A DNA stretch of 64,000 nt, from positions 210,056,001 through 210,120,000 of the forward strand of contig NC_042997.1 of the NCBI RefSeq assembly GCF_006345805.1, written 5' to 3'. The DNA comes from Octopus sinensis. Lineage: Eukaryota. The notes beneath the pieces are model-generated. The model had not been told where the DNA came from. It did no database searches and saw only the letters and a list, made by a program, of their open reading frames with translations. This document shows, in pieces, positions 1-57,356 of this stretch. The position numbers were made by a program, and so were the translations under genes. Each line of letters begins with the position of its first letter. Within the stretch, counting starts at the first letter, position 1.

Positions 1-549
1 AGCAGTGTAAATGTGTGTTTGTCCCTGCATACAGGCTTGACCCCTGCCCACCCCCTTCTCCAGCTGAGCATCCCTAATCTTGCAGGCTTGTAGGTGCTGG
101 TGCTACATAAAAAGCACCTGTACCAATGCCTGGGGCCATCGCTAAGCCCCTGCAACCCCTGCAACCACAGGGGGCCTCCATGGTTGAGGGGTCCCATGTT
201 AAGATCAAAGTACGTAGGTGAGTCATCATCTATTTACTTCAGTTAAGATGCTGAACAAGATTTAAACTATGTTCAGGGAAAATTTCAAGAAATAAAATGG
301 TAAAGTTCTTGTAAAAATATTACATTCCACCATTGTCATGTTGCTTTAATTTGATTCTATGTTCTAAGGATTGAACCAAGTTTACTGACTTGGCTTTGTT
401 TCAGGCATCCACCTCATCTCCTTTTCAAGTGAATTTTTGGACTGCCTTCTAATTTGCATACTGGTTTGTTTCGTGAGTGGCGTCATACATTTTGCACGTG
501 GATTTTTAATTCTGCTTTAATCAGCATGAATTTTTTGAGTATATATCTG

Positions 550-778
550 TTTCTTTATTGCCCACAAGGGGCTAAACACAGAGGGGACAAACAAGGACAG
601 ACAATCAGATTAAATCGATTACATCGACCCCGGTGCGTAACTGGTACTTAATTTATCGACCCCGAAAGGATGAAAGGCAAAGTCGACCTCGGCAGAATTT
701 GAACTCAGAACGCAACGACAGACGCAATACCGCTAAGCATTTCGCCCGGTGTGCTAACGTTTCTGCCAGCTCACCGCT
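550..778 (-). mobile_element. tRNA-derived SINE family C (~220 bp)
   Basis: GGCGGTGAGCTGGCAGAAACGTTAGC...GAGTTCAAATTCTGCCGAGGTCGACTTTGCCTTTCATCC. Other copies: 16515-16768(-), 32900-33860(+, x4), 34200-34430(+), 40965-41186(-), 45105-45500(+, x2), 45770-45975(+), 46140-46360(+), 50025-50225(+), 60130-60352(-), 60405-60590(-). Confidence 0.85.
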
Positions 779-2121
779 TTATTTTTGGAGTATATATCGC
801 TCACATATTCACTCCATTATCGGAGTGGCATTCGAGTAATGTGATAATTTGGTATTAAAACATAACATACCACAAGCATGTACCAGACTTTGTGGATTGT
901 CTAATGATATCTACTGAACTAAGAACACCGTCTGAGCGAGATCGTTGCCAGAGCAACAAGCTGGCCTCCATGCCGATGGCAGGTTAAAAACACCATTCTA
1001 GCGTGATTGTTACCTGCGTCGCCTTTCTGGCACTTGTGCTGGTGGCACGTGAAAACAAAAGCATTCGAGCGAGGTCATTGCTAGTGCCGCTGGACTGGCT
1101 CCTGTGCAGGTGGCACATAAAAAGCACCATTTGAGCATGGCCATTGCCAGTGCCGCCTGACTGGCCCTCATGTCAGTGACACGTAAAAAGCACCCACTAC
1201 ACTCTCGGAGTGGTTGGCATTAGGAAGGGCATCCAGCAGTAGAAACTCTGCCAGATCAAGATTGGAGCCTGGTGCATCCATCTGGTTCGCCAGTCCTCTC
1301 ATGAAGCAGTTTCCAATTTTACCATAACCCGGGTCATCCCTTCTTCATTAGATGCTCCATCAGTCCATATTATACTCAATGTCTTCCTTAAGAGCCACAC
1401 TTCACAGTTCTCCATTTGAAGCCTGGGGCAGCCATCTGGTTCGCCAGCCCTCAGTCAAAATCGTCCAACCCATGCCAGCATGGAAAGCGGACATTAAACG
1501 ACGATGATGATGATTATTCTGAACTGATCAATGATTTCGCGAAGTGAAAAGTGTTCCGTGTTTGTCTTTGAAAGTTGGCTGGATTATAAAAATGCTCTTT
1601 TATTCATAGTTGGAAGTTTTACTTATTGAAATTTGTCATAGAGACCGAAATATATTTAACTTGTATTTTTAAAGATGTTCCAAAAGATAACGTGAAATAT
1701 TGAACTTCAGACAGAATAAAGTAAAATATAATACCGCATCGACTGGCCTCCGTGCTGTGGGCACGTAACAAACACCATCCGATCGTGGCCGTTCACCAGC
1801 CTCGTCTGGCACCTGTGTCGGTGGCACATAAAAAACACCATCCGAGCGTGGCCGTCTGCCAGCCTCGTCTGGCACCTGTGTCGGTGGCACATAAAAAACA
1901 CCATCCGAGCGTGGCCGTTCGCCAGCCTCATCTGGCACCTGTGTCGGTGGCACATAAAATCACCCACTACACTCTCGGAGTGGTTGGCGTTAGGAAGGGC
2001 ATCCAGCTGTAGAAACACTGCCAGATCTGACTGGCCTGGTGCAGCCTTCGGGCTCCCCAGACTCCAGTTGAACCGTCCAACCCATGCTAGCATGGAAAGC
2101 GGACGTTAAATGATGATAATA

Positions 2122-2535
2122 GGCACAGGAGTGGCTGTGTGGTAAGTAGCTTGTTTACCAACCAACATGGTTCCGGGTTCAGTCCCACTGCGTGGCACCT
2201 TCGGCAAGTGTCTTCTACTATAGCCTCGGGCAGACCAAAGCCTTGTGAGTGGATTTGGTAGACGGAAACTGAAAAGAAGCCCGTCGTATATATGTATATA
2301 TATATGCGTGTGTGCGTTTGTGTGTCTATGTTTGTCCCCCTAGCATTGCTTGACAACCGATGCTGGTGTGTTTATGTCCCCGTCACTTAGCGGTTCGGCA
2401 AAAGAGACCGATAGACTAAGTACTGGGCTTAGAAAAGAATAAGTCCTGGGGGTCGAGTTGCTCGATTAAAGGCGGTGCTCCAGCATGGCCGCAGTCAAAT
2501 GACTGAAACAAGTAAAAGAGTAAAAGAGTAAAGAG
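2122..2535 (+). mobile_element. tRNA-derived SINE family B (~410 bp, internal (TA)/(TG) tract, (AAAGAGT)n tail)
   Basis: Head GGCACAGGAGTGGCTGTGTGG...GGTTCAGTCCC. Other copies: 9350-9740(-), 12080-12512(-), 20160-20595(+), 32420-32832(-), 34918-35312(+), 47335-47703(-); partial copies at 13150, 27050 and 63945. Confidence 0.85.
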
Positions 2536-3982
2536 TACAGCCATGAATAAAAGGTGAGTAGATTATGAATTTTGATTGAAGGGGTGGGGGGGGGCTCTAA
2601 AAGTCATGCAAAGGAGCTGCCAGTGCCACATAAACACACCCATGCTGGTACTGCATAAAAGTACCCAGCGCACTCTGCGAAGTGGTTGGCATCTTAGGAA
2701 GGGCATCCAGCTGCAGAAACCATGCCAAAACAGACACATGGAGTCTGGGCAGCCCTTCAGCTGACCATCATCATCATCATCATCATCATCATCGTTTAGC
2801 GTCCGTTTTCCATGCTAGCATGGGTTGGACGGTTCAACTGGGGTCTGTGAAGCCAGAAGGCTTCGTCAGGCCCAGTCAAATCTGGCAGTGTTTCTACGGC
2901 TGGATGCCCTTCCTAACGCCAACCACTCCGTGAGTGTAGTGGGTGCTTTTTACGTGCCACCCGCACAGGTGCCAGACAGAGCTGGCCAACGGCCACGAAC
3001 GGATGGTGCTTTTTATGTGCCACCGGCACGAGGGCCAGGCGAGGCTGGCAACGGACACGAAACGGGGCGGTGCTGGCAACGGTCGCGAAACGTTCTCTTA
3101 CATGCCACCGGCACTGGTAACACATCTGCAATTTCCATTGATCGATTTCGATTCTGAGTCAAACCAGCTGACCCATACCAGCACAGAAAACAGACATTAA
3201 ATGATGATGATGATGATGATAGTGTGCATGTGTGTGTGTGTGTGTGTGTCCCACTACTCGATAGCCAGTGTTGGTGTTTTTATGTCCCTGTGATGAAGGG
3301 ATTCAGCAAAATGGACCACAGGAATAAGTGCCATGCTTAAAAAAAAAAACAAAGTCCTGAGGTCAATTCATTCAAGTAAAATTCTTCAAAGTGGTGCCCC
3401 AGCATGGCCACTGAAACAAGTAAAAGGATAAAAGATATTTATTTATGAAATCCGGAATACAAAAAAAAAAAAAACCCAAAACAAATAAATAGAATAAATA
3501 TGATTTTATTTACAAAATAAATATATTTATATTGTGGAGATAATTAGTCAGAAATTAGAGGAAAATATTAGCAAAACTTTGACGAATGTTTTAATTAAAC
3601 AATAAAAAAAATTGTAAAAGAAAACAACAACAATAGTTGTTTTTGGAATAAAACATAACAAAATAACCACCCACCCGCCCACCCCCTTTCACTGTTAAAA
3701 TACCCTGATTTTCCACCCTTAATTCACTGTTTTTTGAAACCTTTGGGGCACAACTGCAGTTATATGTTGGTTGCTACGTGTATAGAGAGAGAAGCTTAGA
3801 TATGTGTCGGGGGTGTTTGTTTGTAAGTGTGTGGTTTAATATGCATAGTTGGGCCTATATATGAATATATACACATATATACATAGATTATGTACACATG
3901 TATATACATACATGCATCTGAGAGACAGAGAGAGAACAATGAATGATAGTTAAATATATTTTTATTCTTACATTTTTCTCTG

Positions 3983-4030
<48 letters not shown>

Positions 4031-4037
4031 TACATAT

Positions 4038-4196
4038 TTATTTATATTAAGGGCATTACTATACATAAATGCCTCACACTATTAGGGACTCTTAAAGTCA
4101 AAACTACCATAATAATGTTTATTATGGTAGTTATGACTTTAAGAGTCCCTCCTGGCGTGAGGCATTTATGTATAGTAATGCCCTTAATATAAATAA
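4038..4196. repeat. Foldback palindrome (~78-bp arms, 3-nt loop)
   Basis: TTATTTATATTAAGGGCATTACTATAC...CCATAATAA TGT TTATTATGG...GTATAGTAATGCCCTTAATATAAATAA. Confidence 0.9.
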
Positions 4197-4324
4197 GTAT
4201 ATTTAAAGGGAATAATTAACAATTTTTTTCCTTTATGAGGTTTTTCACACTGACTACTTGATAAATTCTTATAAAGATTTTATCCTATTTTTAAATTATA
4301 TATATACATACATACACACACACA

Positions 4325-4576
4325 CGGGGAGGGGGTGCAAAAGTAGGTATACAGTTATGAAAAAAAAGAAAATACGTTCAGTACTTGTATATTTTTATCA
4401 AAAAAATTAAAATCACAATAAAAGTATTTTTATAAATTATGATCAATGTATTATTAGGATAAATGACACAGAAAATATCAAAAATGGGGCAAACTTTACA
4501 TTTTTTTGATAAAAATAAATGAGTACCGTATATGTTTTTTTTTCATAAATGTATACCTACTTTTGCACACACCCTG
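4325..4576. mobile_element. Tc1/mariner-type MITE
   Basis: TIR GTGCAAAAGTAGGTATACAGTTATGAAAAAAA / TTTTTTTCATAAATGTATACCTACTTTTGCAC. Confidence 0.7.
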
Positions 4577-4694
4577 CACACACACACATATATATATATA
4601 TATAAAGTTAATCCAAACATGAAAACACAAAAAAAAAACACAACGCGAGGACGTGGAACAAATATATATATTGGACGCTCAGGAAAGAAGGAGA

Positions 4695-4729
4695 GTTTAA
4701 CGTTTCGAGCGGAGCTCTTCGTCGGAAAC
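4695..4729 (-). ncRNA. Minimal type-I hammerhead-like motif within a PLE-like repeat (~4620-4800)
   Basis: GUUU-CCGACGA-A-GAGC(UCC)GCUC-GAAACGUU^AAAC. Stems I and II pair, stem III is the palindrome ACGU, and the core has a U4C variant. Confidence 0.55.
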
Positions 4730-4806
4730 ATAGGAGAAGGAAAGGTCCAGAGAAGGGAAGAAGGAGGAAAAAAATCGCCAACGATACACACGAGGTCACT
4801 TATATA

Positions 4807-5035
4807 ATTATAATTAGGGTTCAGCTAATTGCTTTACCACATACCAAATTTAGAAATAGGAGTTAAAATTCCTTTTCTGCTGCTATAAGAATCTCCATGA
4901 CGGTAAACATTTTTTTTACAAAGGCAAAAAGGAAAAGGAATCCTGGAGATTCTCATAGTAGCAGAAAAGGAATTTTTAACTCCTATTTCTAAATTCGGTA
5001 TGAGGTGAAGCAATTAGCTGAACCCTAATTATAAT
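4807..5035. repeat. Foldback element (~90-bp arms, ~45-bp spacer)
   Basis: ATTATAATTAGGGTTCAGCTAATTGC...AGAATCTCCA / TGGAGATTCT...GCAATTAGCTGAACCCTAATTATAAT. Confidence 0.9.
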
Positions 5036-5164
5036 CATGTAGATAATTTTTACCTATAAAGGTTATTTTAAGGTACTAATATACTTGGTGAAATTGTTAA
5101 TTAATTGATTGATTAATTAATTAATTTAATTATTAAATTTTACCCTTTTATTATTAATCTAAAA

Positions 5165-5489
5165 TTATATACATATATACATATATATATATACATATAT
5201 ATACATATATACATATACATATATATATATACATATACATATATAATATATATATATATATATACATATATACATATATATATATACATATATATATATA
5301 TACATATTATATATATATACATATATACATATTATATATATACATATATACATATATATATATTACATATATACATATATACATATATACATATACTATA
5401 TATATACAATATACATATATACATATACATATATACATATACATAATATATATATACATATATACATATACATATATACATATATATAA

Positions 5490-5523
<34 letters not shown>

Positions 5524-5586
5524 CATATACATATATATATATATACATATATACATATATATATACATATACATATATACATATAC

Positions 5587-5659
<73 letters not shown>

Positions 5660-5825
5660 TATATATATACACATATATATATATATATACACACATATAT
5701 ATATATATACATATATTATACATATATAATATATATATATATATATACACATATATATATATATATATACACATATATAATATATATATATACACATATA
5801 TATATATATATACATATATATATAC

Positions 5826-5856
<31 letters not shown>

Positions 5857-5857
5857 C

Positions 5858-5888
<31 letters not shown>

Positions 5889-5890
5889 TT
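5165..5890. repeat. Long (TA)/(TATACA) compound microsatellite ending in (GATA)n
   Basis: Direct inspection. Confidence 0.95.
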
Positions 5891-5985
5891 ACACTCACAC
5901 ATTAATACAAATATTTGTATATATTTAAATATCATAATTGAATGTGCATGTGTGTGTATGTATGTATGTCACACACACACACATC

Positions 5986-6105
5986 CAGGGTGGGCCCAAA
6001 AGTCACAAAATATAAAAATGCAGTCAGTGCAAACAACAGAAACCACCAGATCATGTCCACAGACAACAATATGCAGTCAGACTTCATGATTTTTGGTCCA
6101 CTCTG
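5986..6105. mobile_element. Small Tc1/mariner-type MITE
   Basis: CAGGGTGGGCCCAAAAGTCAC ... CATGATTTTTGGTCCACTCTG|TA. Confidence 0.55.
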
Positions 6106-6797
6106 TATGTGTGCATGTGTATGTGTGCATACATTGTGTGAGTGCATGCCTTTTGTGCTGTGTGCGTTTTTGTTCCCTGTAACTTGAAACGGTTTCTCTA
6201 CATCTCCACAGAATGAATAGAACTTCTTAAAATGACTGAACTCCCTAAATGGATTAATATGGTCCACCAATGAGGGATGGTCACAATCTGAAAGTTTTAA
6301 AACAAACTTTGTAACGAGAAACCTATCTGAAATTGCCAAATTATATACACACACATGCACACACAGAAGTGTGCGCATGTGTGTGTGTGTGTGCACGCAT
6401 ATAATTAGGTAAACACTATGTGTATAAAAAGGATGAACAGTTGTGTGGATCATGTCCTTCCCAAAGAGATGAAGCAGTGTAAATAAATATTACTTTAGAG
6501 AGAGTGTGTGCATATGTGAGAGAGACAATGTGCATGTAAATGTTGTGTGTAATGATGTGTTATTGGTGTGTGTGTGTGTGTTTGCGTGTGTGTGTGTGTG
6601 TAATGGAGACAAGTACTGACTCTTCCATGTGGCATGCTTAAACAATTGTGAAGATCACTGCACATGAAACCATTGGTTGCCTTGTAAACCTACAAGTAAA
6701 TAATATTTACCCACCAGCGTGGTATGTATTTATCAACTCAGTGTTAAATATTAGATTGCGTGTGAGTGTATACATGCGTGTGTATATATATATATAC

Positions 6798-7025
6798 CGG
6801 AGTAAACACATAAATGTGAAACAAGGTGGGAAAAAAGAGTACTCAAATACCAGTGGTAGAGTAATATGCTTTATTTAAAGCAGCAGAAAATTCAACAAAA
6901 CCTGTTACTCTGAGTTTCTCGTTGCCGTTCATCAGACAGTTTTTACTAGAAAAACTGTCTGATGAACGGCAACGAGAAACTCAGAATAACAGATTTTGTT
7001 GAATTTTCTGCTGCTTTAAATAAAG

Positions 7026-7030
<5 letters not shown>
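6798..7030. mobile_element. Penelope-like pseudo-LTR fragment with inverted partial copy (foldback 6864-7030)
   Basis: Two ~80-nt arms centred on 6947. Each arm has a hammerhead motif followed by AATAAA. The minus arm continues to ~6798. Inverted pLTR ends with hammerheads are typical of Penelope-like elements. Confidence 0.65.
6897..6944 (-). ncRNA. Minimal type-I hammerhead ribozyme motif (Penelope/retrozyme-like), core intact
   Basis: AAAAACUGU-CUGAUGA-ACGGCAACGA-GAAACUCAGAGUA^ACAGGUUUU. Stem I is CUGU/ACAG plus extension, stem III is ACUC/GAGU, the cleavage triplet is GUA. Stem II is weak (2 bp, GCAA loop, A-A closing). Confidence 0.7.
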
Positions 7031-7104
<74 letters not shown>

Positions 7105-7405
7105 TATATATACACCACACACAATGAATATTGTCTCTGTTATTGTACTATTAGTATTGTTTGTGTTGTTGCACTGAGTCAGAGAGGGTGTATAGTGTTG
7201 GTGTGCTGACATTAGCCAGCCTAAAATACTGTGACTTACATAAAAGTTCCCATTTATAAACAACTCTACACATTCGCATTTACAAGCACACATACACGTT
7301 TGTATACTAAATCAACTGTCTATTGTGGTGTTTATATAGTGCCTATGATAAATAGTGCGTCTAGTCACTGAATGCATGTGTATATATGTGTGTGTGCGTG
7401 AATGT

Positions 7406-7437
<32 letters not shown>

Positions 7438-7545
7438 GTAGCCTGATGTATTATTAAGCATGTTTCTAGATTAAATATTTGATCACCAATTCTCTGCACA
7501 GGGTTTGTCCCACCATCAGCAGCTGATCTTCTTTGTTGCCGTTGC

Positions 7546-52130
<44,585 letters not shown>

Positions 52131-52869
52131 ATTAATTATCCTAACAATCTCCGACACAAGGAAATATTTCTTTATATCACTCTGTATATCGATATTCGAC
52201 TCTAAATCTTACAGCAACAGCCTTAACTTGTTACACATGTCCGGACCGAACAAGAAACAAGAAGTGACTGCCGTAAACACAAACGTGTGACGACGTCCTA
52301 AAAAAATACGAAACTCAGTTAATATAAAAAAAAAACATTAAAATATCATCGAAATTTATATTTTCGCTTTTAAAAATAACCAATTATTTTATTTTTGTAA
52401 ATCTGATGCTTAAAACACCTTATATTAAGATGAGTCTTTATAAAATGGAAAATTGCGACGATCGTCTGACACCGAGGGATATTGCAATGGCGGGGATTAA
52501 GAGAGAAAATTATGAAGCTACCGTTAAAAAACTGGATACTTATTATTTTAGACGTAAGTATTTCATTGAAACTTATCTATTCGTGACTCTTTTATCTATT
52601 GCCTGTGTAAATAGAGTGATTCAATATCTTGTTGTTGAGTATTCCACCTACTTTCCCACCTGTGTCACGCAAATGTCGTCCTTTTACCTTGACCTTCATA
52701 TTTTCGTGTCCTCAATTAAACACAGCTGTTTGTTGTTATTGTACACACTACGTTAATCTATACACTCTACATTACTATATACACCCTACATTATTATATG
52801 CTCTACACTATCATACATTCTACACAAAGGCTTTTATACACACCACGATTGTTGGACCGTTGTTGTTGA

Positions 52870-53440
52870 TGATGATGCTGTTTAGCCCTAGGTAAGTCCT
52901 GATCATAAGCAAAGGCGTTCTAATCATGACCATCCCGTCTTTTAGACAGGATATTTCAAATAACATTATTTAACATAGCCTTCGTTCTTTTAAGATAGCA
53001 AGGTGTGATTTGAGACAGATTTAGCTGTTGTTTTTAGCAGGTCGAACAACTGCGTAGAGGCTCCATCGTCATGATGATGATGATGATGCTTTGTGTTGTT
53101 TAACCCCAGATCATCCTTGATCCAGCTGACCTCCCTTCAAAGACGTTCCAGCCATGACCATCTTGTCTTATTTTCAGACATAACGCACACGTAAGAAGAC
53201 AACATTACCCGAAGTGTTTCACTTTTTAATAAAGGAGATTTGGCTGCTATTTCTAGGAGATCGAGCAATAACATATAACGTCTCCCCTCGGCCCTGATCG
53301 AACAGAGTTTCGATTAAAGACAATCCAACCGTGACCATCGTACAGCGTGTCCATTTGTTTTATAACACAATAGCGTGACGCGAGGGAGATTTGACTGTTG
53401 TTTCCAGCAGACTGAGCGACCACGTAGAGGTCGACGATGA
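52870..53440. repeat. Three tandem decayed copies of an unclassified ~170-bp repeat
   Basis: Shared motifs AAAG(G/A)CGTTC..CCATGACCATC and GATTT(A/G)GCTG(T/C)T(G/A)TTT(T/C)TAG. Related pieces lie at 51230-51540. Confidence 0.5.
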
Positions 53441-53569
53441 AATGAACAACGGACAATGGACACAACACAACACAATGGGGGGGGGGATCTTGGTTCGGTC
53501 CGTCTTTTCGTACAAATGTGTCTATTGTCTCTGAAATGGTTTATTGTCGCCTTTCACATTTTCACAAAT

Positions 53570-54317
53570 GGTGTATGTGTGTGAAGTGTGTGTGTGTGAA
53601 GCGTGTGTGCGTGTGTGTGTGTATGTGTGTGTGAAGTGTGTGTCTGAAGCGTGTGTGTGTGTGAAGTGTTTGTGCTTGCGTGTGTATGTGTGTGTGTGAA
53701 GTGTGTGTATGCGTGTGAAGTGTGTGTGTGTGTGTGTGAAGCGTGTGTGTGTGTGTGTGTGAAGTGTGTGTATGTGTGTGTGTGTGTATTTGCGTGTGTG
53801 TGTGTGTGTGTGAAGCGTGAGTGTGTGTGAAGTGTGTGTGTGTGTTTGTGTGTATGTGTGTGTTTGAAGCATGTGTGTGCGAAGTGTGTTTGCGTGTGTA
53901 TGTGTGCGTGCGTGTGTGTGTGAAGTGTGTATGTGTGCGTGCGTGTGTGTGTGTGAAGTGTGTGTGTGTGTATGTGTGTTGTGAAGCGTGTGTGTGTGTT
54001 AGTGAAGTGTGTATGTGTGAAGCGTGTGTGTGTGCGCGCGTGTATTTGCTTGTTTATGTAACAGAAAAGACAAAAATCTGTGCAGTCGAATTTAAGTGTG
54101 AGAAAATATAGGATACCGAATTTTAACATAAGGAAAACCCCTCGTTTTGGGGGCTTAAAATTTGGAGGAAAATGTTTATAAAGTACTATCCATGTGTAAG
54201 AAAATCCCATATTTTTTAACCTGATTTTTGACGGAAAGGGTTCCTTATACACGTTAAAATACGGTAGATAGATAGATAGATAGATAGACAGACAGGTAGG
54301 TAGGTAGGTTGGCAAAC

Positions 54318-54364
<47 letters not shown>

Positions 54365-54620
54365 CAGGTAGATAGATAGACAGGTAGATAGATAGATAGA
54401 TAGATAGACAGGTAGATAGATAGATAGATAGACAGGTAGATAGATAGATAGATAGATAGACAGGTAGATACAGATAGATAGATAGACAGATAGAAAGATA
54501 GACAGGTAGATACAGATAGGTAGGTAGGTAGGTAGATAGATAGATAGATAGACAGGTAGGTAAGTAGATAGACAGGTACATACAGATAGGTAGATAGATA
54601 GGTGGGTAGGCAGATAGATA
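53570..54620. repeat. (TG)n/(GTGAA) degenerate tract (53570-54040) and (GATA/GGTA) tract (54265-54620)
   Basis: Direct inspection. Confidence 0.9.
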
Positions 54621-57356
54621 TTCATCATCACCGTCATCAGCATGAACCTCCAACTTCCATGCTGGCATGTGATGGACAATATGACAGGATCCAGCAAACC
54701 AGAAGACTGCATTGAATTCTTATGTCTGCTTTGGCAGGGTTTCTATGGCCAGATGCCTTTTCTAACACCAGCCACTCTACAGAATATATTGGGTGCTTTT
54801 TTTGTGTGTGTGGTACCAGCACATAAGACTTCTCAACTTTATGCCAGATGTTGAGGGGCCAAAGTATGATAAAGGAACAGGTACACATATCTTGCTGTAG
54901 GGGAGAGGCAGGGAAACAGGTTGTTAATGCAAGTACAGTCAAGTGAAAACTCCACAAGCTGGTTGCCAGAAGTTTCAGGGGTCATCAGGAATGTGCACCA
55001 TTTCAGGGCCTTCCTCTTGGATGCTTTACAGCACACCAGCCAACCACCCGCACTGATATGGAGCCCTACCTATTGTTTTGACTGGTTAGTATTTGACCTC
55101 GTGTCCAATATGGGATCATCACCTCTTGAATACTAGTCTTGCTATAGGGGATATACATGGCTACCTCATCATCATCGTTTAACGTCCGTTTTCCGTGCTA
55201 GCATGGGTTGGACGGTTTGACCAGGGTCTGGGAAGCCAGGAGGCTGCACCAGACTCCAGTCTGATCTGGCTGTTTTCTACAGCTGGATGCCCTTCCTAAC
55301 GCCAACCACTCCGAGAGTGTAGTGGGTGCTTTTTAGGTGCCAGGGGAGGCTGGCATCGGCCAAAGGGGAGGCTGGCATCAGCCTAGGGGAGGCTGGCATT
55401 GGCCCCAGGGGAGGCTGGCATCGGCCCACATTATATAAAGATGAATGGGAGTGGCTGGAAAGAGGATAATAAGAGAATACAGATGTATGTATGCCTATAC
55501 AAGTACAGTGGTTCCCAAACTTTTTCAGGCTGCCGCCCCCTTGGTTTTAGACCATTTTTTTGCTATAAATTCAAAATAACAGTATTTTGCAAATAAAACT
55601 TAATTTAATTAACCCTTTATTTTGTTTGTTTTTTTTGTTTTTTTTTATAGATGGTCAATGCCAGGTCTAACTGACTGGCTCCCGTGCTGGGGGCACATAA
55701 AAAGCACCAAACAAACGTGATCGATGCCAGTACACCCTGACTGGCTATTGTGCTGGTGGCACGTAAAAAGCACCATCCAAACATGATCAAATGCCAGGCC
55801 CACCTGACTGGCTCCTGTGTCGGTGGTCGGCATTAGGAAGGGCATCAAGCTGTAGAAACCTTACCAGATCAGATTGGAGCCTGGTGCAGCCTCCTGGTGC
55901 AGCCTCCTGGGCTTGCCAGTCTGCAAATGAGATTTGAGCCTCGCAAAAGAAAACTGTGGTCTGCCACAAACTGTGCACACAAAAAGGTCATTGTGATTCA
56001 CCTTCTCGGTCATAACATTCTTCTTTAAATCTCTCTTGAGTCTTGCATATGTCAATGTAGCTTCCTCAAACACTTTCACTCCACGCCACACTTTTGTTCG
56101 CCACACACTTATATACCAAAATGTGGCATCTGTCACGTTCACCGTCTGAACATGGCAGATGCCAGCACCGCCTGACTGGCGTCCGTGTCAGTGACACGTA
56201 AAAGCACCAACCGATCACAGCCGTTGCCAGCCTCATCTGGCCCCTGTGCCAGTGGCACGTAAAAAACACCCACTACACTCACATAGTGGTTGGCATTTGG
56301 AAGGGCATCCAGCTGTAGAAACACTGCCAGATCAGACTGGAGCCTGGTGTAGGCTCCTGGCTTCCCAGACCCCGGTCAAACCGTCCAACCCATGCGAGCA
56401 TGGAAAACGGACGTTAAACGATGATGATGATGATGATGATGATGTCTTCTTTCTCTAATCTACATTTTATGACTGCCACATATCATTCCTAACATCCTCT
56501 TCTATCAATCTTCAACGGCCCCTCTTCACTTTTGTTTGCCACCTTCTATGTCCACCCCTACATATCTCTGACCTCCATCTCTATCACCATACATCTCTCT
56601 CTCTCTATCTTCCATCACAATCCTCTGGTTATACAGCTGATATCCACCCTTTCTCTACTGCCTCCTGAGCTCCTCGTATTTCTTTCCCCTTCCACCCCCA
56701 TACCCATATTTACCATTGACCACACATCCACCTTTCTTCACCATTCCTTCTATTCACCTCTACCCTCATCTCTAACCACCTGTCATTCTCCTCTTGCATT
56801 TCTACAACCTTATCCACCCCTCCAGTGGCACGTGAAAAAACATTTAAGCGAGATCGTTGCCAGTGCCGCTGGACTGGCTCCTGTACAGGTGGCACATAAA
56901 AAGCACTATTTGAGCGTAGCTGTTGCCAGTACCACCTGACTGGCCCTCGTGCTGGTGGCACATAAAAGCACCCACTATACTCTCGGAGTGGTTGGCGTTA
57001 GGAAGGGCATCCAGCTGTAGAAACTCTGCCAGATCAAGATTGGAGCCTGGTGCATCCATCTGGTTTGCCAGTCCTCAGTCAAACTATCCAACCCATGCTA
57101 GCATGGAAAGCGGACGTTAAACGATGATGATGAGATATAGATAGATAGTTAGATAGATAGATAGATATAGATAGATATGACTTGAATATATTTATATGTA
57201 AACAGAGTTAGCAGTTATAGTAACCAACTAAGAGATAAAAAATATCCATATATATATATATATGTAAATATCCATATATATATATATTCAAGTCATATCT
57301 ATCTATATCTATCTAACTATATAACAGTATTTTTTCATAGCGTTTTTCAGATGGCC

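Noticed and set aside
2840-2880. CUGACGA-AGCC/GGCU hairpin on the minus strand of one RTE-3'UTR subfamily (also ~20700)
   Set aside because: Resembles half a hammerhead but is followed by UCAC rather than GAAA; there is no stem III or cleavage triplet.
5140-5935. Long YI/CV-rich ORFs (also 50502-51197, 53554-54315, 54216-54712)
   Set aside because: Translations of microsatellites and minisatellites; no coding signal.
55506-55560. hAT/Charlie-like TIR CAGTGGTTCCCAAACTTTTT
   Set aside because: Only one end is visible and there is no TSD, so element boundaries cannot be supported.
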